A stretch of 64,000 bases of DNA from Raillietiella orientalis. Lineage: Eukaryota. The notes beneath the pieces are model-generated. The model ran no database searches. It was given only the letters and a program-made list of their open reading frames with translations, and was not told where the DNA came from. The stretch spans positions 1,302,001 through 1,366,000 of the forward strand of contig JAYWIR010000021.1 in NCBI GenBank assembly GCA_036172245.1, written 5' to 3'. Shown here one piece after another: positions 60,919 to 64,000 of this stretch. Positions within the stretch are counted from its first letter, which is position 1; every line of letters starts with the position of its first letter. The translations under genes were made by a program, and so were the position numbers.

Positions 60919-63817
60919 TTAGGCTAAATAACCATGGGGAGGGGTGCCTGGGTCCGAGCAACAGTGCGATGCAAGCCTAGATAGTCGAATGCCGCTTTAG
61001 CCACCATCGAAAAAAAATGCAACCCACAGTCTGAGAGCTGAAGCACCCATCTACCTTCGGTGCTTTGCTATTTCGAAGAAAAGTGGCTCCTTCTGCCGTT
61101 CTGCTGGTACCAAACCTCACTGCGCTCTTCCGGTGGCGCCAGCGTTCCTTCCCAGAGTTCCCTATGCTCTTCGAGATATCGTATCTCCTTAATCGGAGAT
61201 GCGTTGAAAGTTCCCGGTTCTTTTTGATTCTCCTTTCGTGGTCCCACTGGGGTGAGGCAGCCAGTCACGGGATCTTCCGAGTAGCCGACGAGCCACCTCC
61301 TTTCGGAGTTCCTCTCAACGCTCCTGATCTGATGGTGGCGCTTCTTATTCCTGTCGAGCTGATGCAACGTCCTTCCGGCGGGAACTCGCAGCTGGGGGAG
61401 GTACTTCGGGATTCCGAAGCTGCAGGAGGGACACCTCTGCAGCGCAGCACCTCTGCTCCAGAAAGTTACCGCCCACCAACCTGAGTTTTCCTGCTTTTTC
61501 CTTCTCGTCCAAGAATCTTTCCTGTTCCTAGGTTGGAAGTATGTTTTCACCTTCTACCTGCTGCTAGCTGACCGATGACACAGGTCACTGAGCTGGTCCT
61601 CTCGGTTCCTCCGTCACTGCCGCTATCTTCACCTGTGTTCCAGCACACAAGACGGAGGGATGTTCTTCGTTGGGGCACCTGCCTCCTCTCTCGTGCAGGT
61701 GAAGGTTCTGATGGCTCCGCGGTCGAAGGACGAAAGGATGGATCTCCCCCGACAAAGCGGTGAAACGCCGCTCTGCCGATGGGAATCCTCCGAGGCTCGG
61801 TGGCTGATGCCATGCGTCCTTTCCTTCTTCCTCCCTCCTTCCTTTTTTTTTTTCTCCGGAAGGGGGGGAGGGACGCGGGCAGTTCAGGGGAGGAAAAGTC
61901 AAGAAAGAAGAAGAAACGGGACGCGTACCATCCCTGGGGATTGCAGACCGCCGCCGCTGTTCCCTGTCGGTCGCGACGAAGAGGGGAAGAGAATCTCCCG
62001 GGCGCGTCCTTCTCCTCTACGTGCGCGCGTGGAAGGCGTGCGTCCTCCCGCAGTCAGCCGGGCTACACGAGCTCCCCCCGGGAACCGCGAGCGAGTCGTC
62101 CAATCACGGGAGACTGCCGCCACCGTCCCCAGAGCGGCTCCTCGTTCCCTCCTTCCCTGCCGCTCCTCCTCCTTGTTGGTCTGCCTCTTCCAGCGGTGGG
62201 CAGCGTGTCATCGCGCATTTCGAGCAGACCCAACGCGCGTCCCTTCCGTATCCCTTACCCCCCTTCCTACCCTACCCTGTCCCGTGCCTGCGCCTCTTCG
62301 CCCCCCCTCCCCAGGAAAGGCTCGCTGCGATTTCCAGGAACTGCGCCACGGCACATCAGGAACTGGCCAGGAGCCTCCGAGCGAGAGCTGCAGGAAAGGA
62401 TGGAAGAAGAGGAAACGGGTAGGGGAAAAGAAAGGGAGGGGGGGGGCACTGTCCGCGCGTCACTTCTAATCTGTAGCCTGCAAGAACGCGCGCACCTGAG
62501 GCGTACGAAGAGGAGGGGGGGGAGAGCGGCCCAGCAATTGTCGCGAGCGAGCAGTGCTCTTCAGCCGAGCCCTGGGCATGCCATTTCGGTACACATCTTG
62601 CACGACTCCCTGCGCAGCCGCGGGAAGCGGATTCGATAAGCACGGCATAGCGGCACCCCTTCCGCTACGGCCTCCGTCGTTGCGGGTCAGCTGGGACCCG
62701 AAGGACCAGGACAAAGAGGGGAGGCGTCACGCCTGGAAGGCGGCGCATGACGTCAGGGTCCCTTGGCAGCGTGCGCGTACGAAGGCACCGGCCGTCCGCA
62801 GTCCTGGCGGCCACGCTGGTTCTCCAGGGACTCCTGGCCGCTCCGACTGCCTCTTCTACGACTGGGATCACATCGCTCTTGTGCGCGAGGACGAGGCGTG
62901 CTCCGTGGTCCCATGGGCCGCCGGCCCCTACGCGCACGGAGAATGCCGGTCAACTTCGGCGGGACGACGAACGTCCCTCTCCTGCTGCTCGCTTCCCTCG
63001 CCTGAGAAGTGCAGGGACGCGCTGCCTGACCTCGGTGTATCGCTCGTGCGACGAAGAGGCGACGTGGTCAAGGGTCAGGAGAGGGTCCCTGAGGGCACGG
63101 GGCGTGGAGGGGACGCAGAGGAAGGGAAAGAAGAGAGGGCCTCTTTGATCCATTCGGAACGGGAGCGGAGAAGGAGCGGAAGTTGGACGTAGGGCGTCGC
63201 AACCTGGCAGCGGCAGTGATGTCACGCGCGCAGCTGCATCCCGGCAGACGAGATGTGACTCCGCGAGCCTTTTTCCTTCGCCCCAACCCAGAAAGAGGGG
63301 CGATCCCGGAGGAGAAGTGCGGAGGGGCTTCCCTGCAGGCCCGGAGGAAAGGTGTCCGCGGTCCAGGAGTCCTCGAGCGTCTCTTCTGCTCTTCCGCCAT
63401 TATCACCCCTCCTCCGCACCCGGCGCGGGAGACGTTGGTGATGCGCAGCGGCTGGGACGGTGCGCGGCCGCCTACGGAGATCTTGGGCCGCTGCACGAGT
63501 CAGGAGGATGGAGGGAAGGTGACGTCGAAGAAGCGGAAGGGAAGGGCAAGAGACACGCAGGAGGATGTCCTGCAGCCTCGTTGCGGTTGCCCAGGAACTC
63601 CTTGGCTTGGTTTCGCGCGCGATCGTTCACTTCAGCTGCTTGATGGCCCGAAGGCCTTCACGGGACTCCGGCTCCAAGGCAACGGTGATCATCCCGCGGA
63701 CGCGCTGCTCGCACGCTGATCTTCGCCCACCGAGGCCTCGAGCAGTCTGGTCGTTTCCAGGCTCGCGCCCCGCGGCCGTGGGAAACCGGAAAGCGATTCT
63801 ACTCCCGAGAAACAGAA

Positions 63818-64000
63818 TCAGATGGAGGTCAAGAGGGCACCACTTCCGGTCATGGTGGTGGTGCTCGTGGTGGTAGTGGTGAAGGAGGAAGAAGAGGAGG
63901 TAACTAAGGGTGGAAGATCCGCAGTGGAGCTCTGAGATGGTCGGACGACCTTCTTCCCGAAAGTCGAGACTGCCAGGAGGTGCTCTCTAGTCCGCGGCGA
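63818..64000 (-). CDS. Possible last coding exon of a gene entering from the right edge (Ser/Thr-rich C-terminus)
   Basis: Open frame from the window edge: SPRTREHLLAVSTFGKKVVRPSQSSTADLPPLVTSSSSSFTTTTTSTTTMTGSGALLTSI*. No recognisable domain. Confidence 0.3.
   Translation of the reverse strand, partial: SPRTREHLLAVSTFGKKVVRPSQSSTADLPPLVTSSSSSFTTTTTSTTTMTGSGALLTSI

Overview
Eukaryotic (animal, probably arthropod/crustacean; inferred) genomic window with four spliced genes reconstructed by hand. (1) The 5' ~850 codons of TOR/mTOR kinase (minus, 1-6468), AT-rich and split mostly by 41-58 nt micro-introns. (2) A complete but strongly divergent ammonium transporter of the Amt/MEP family (minus, 13825-26857, 8 coding exons, ~589 aa). 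It keeps the twin His and Phe gate but has altered substrate-site residues. (3) A Prop/UNC-42/CG32532-type paired-like homeobox gene (minus, 28257-35753, 6 coding exons, ~267 aa) directly upstream of the Amt gene. (4) An uncharacterised secreted protein (plus, 57077-59037, ~577 aa). There is a possible terminal exon of a fifth gene at the right edge. Most of the window beyond ~12 kb is very GC/CpG-rich, so nearly all long ORFs in the supplied track are spurious. Notable non-coding structure: a G-depleted NUMT-like insert (12041-12267), an intronic array of ~10 hairpin units (17253-17733), a ~130 bp inverted repeat pair (38715-39306), several minisatellites and possible decayed transposon fragments. 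No rRNA, tRNA or CRISPR array could be supported. Family assignments rest on recalled motifs; no database search was run.
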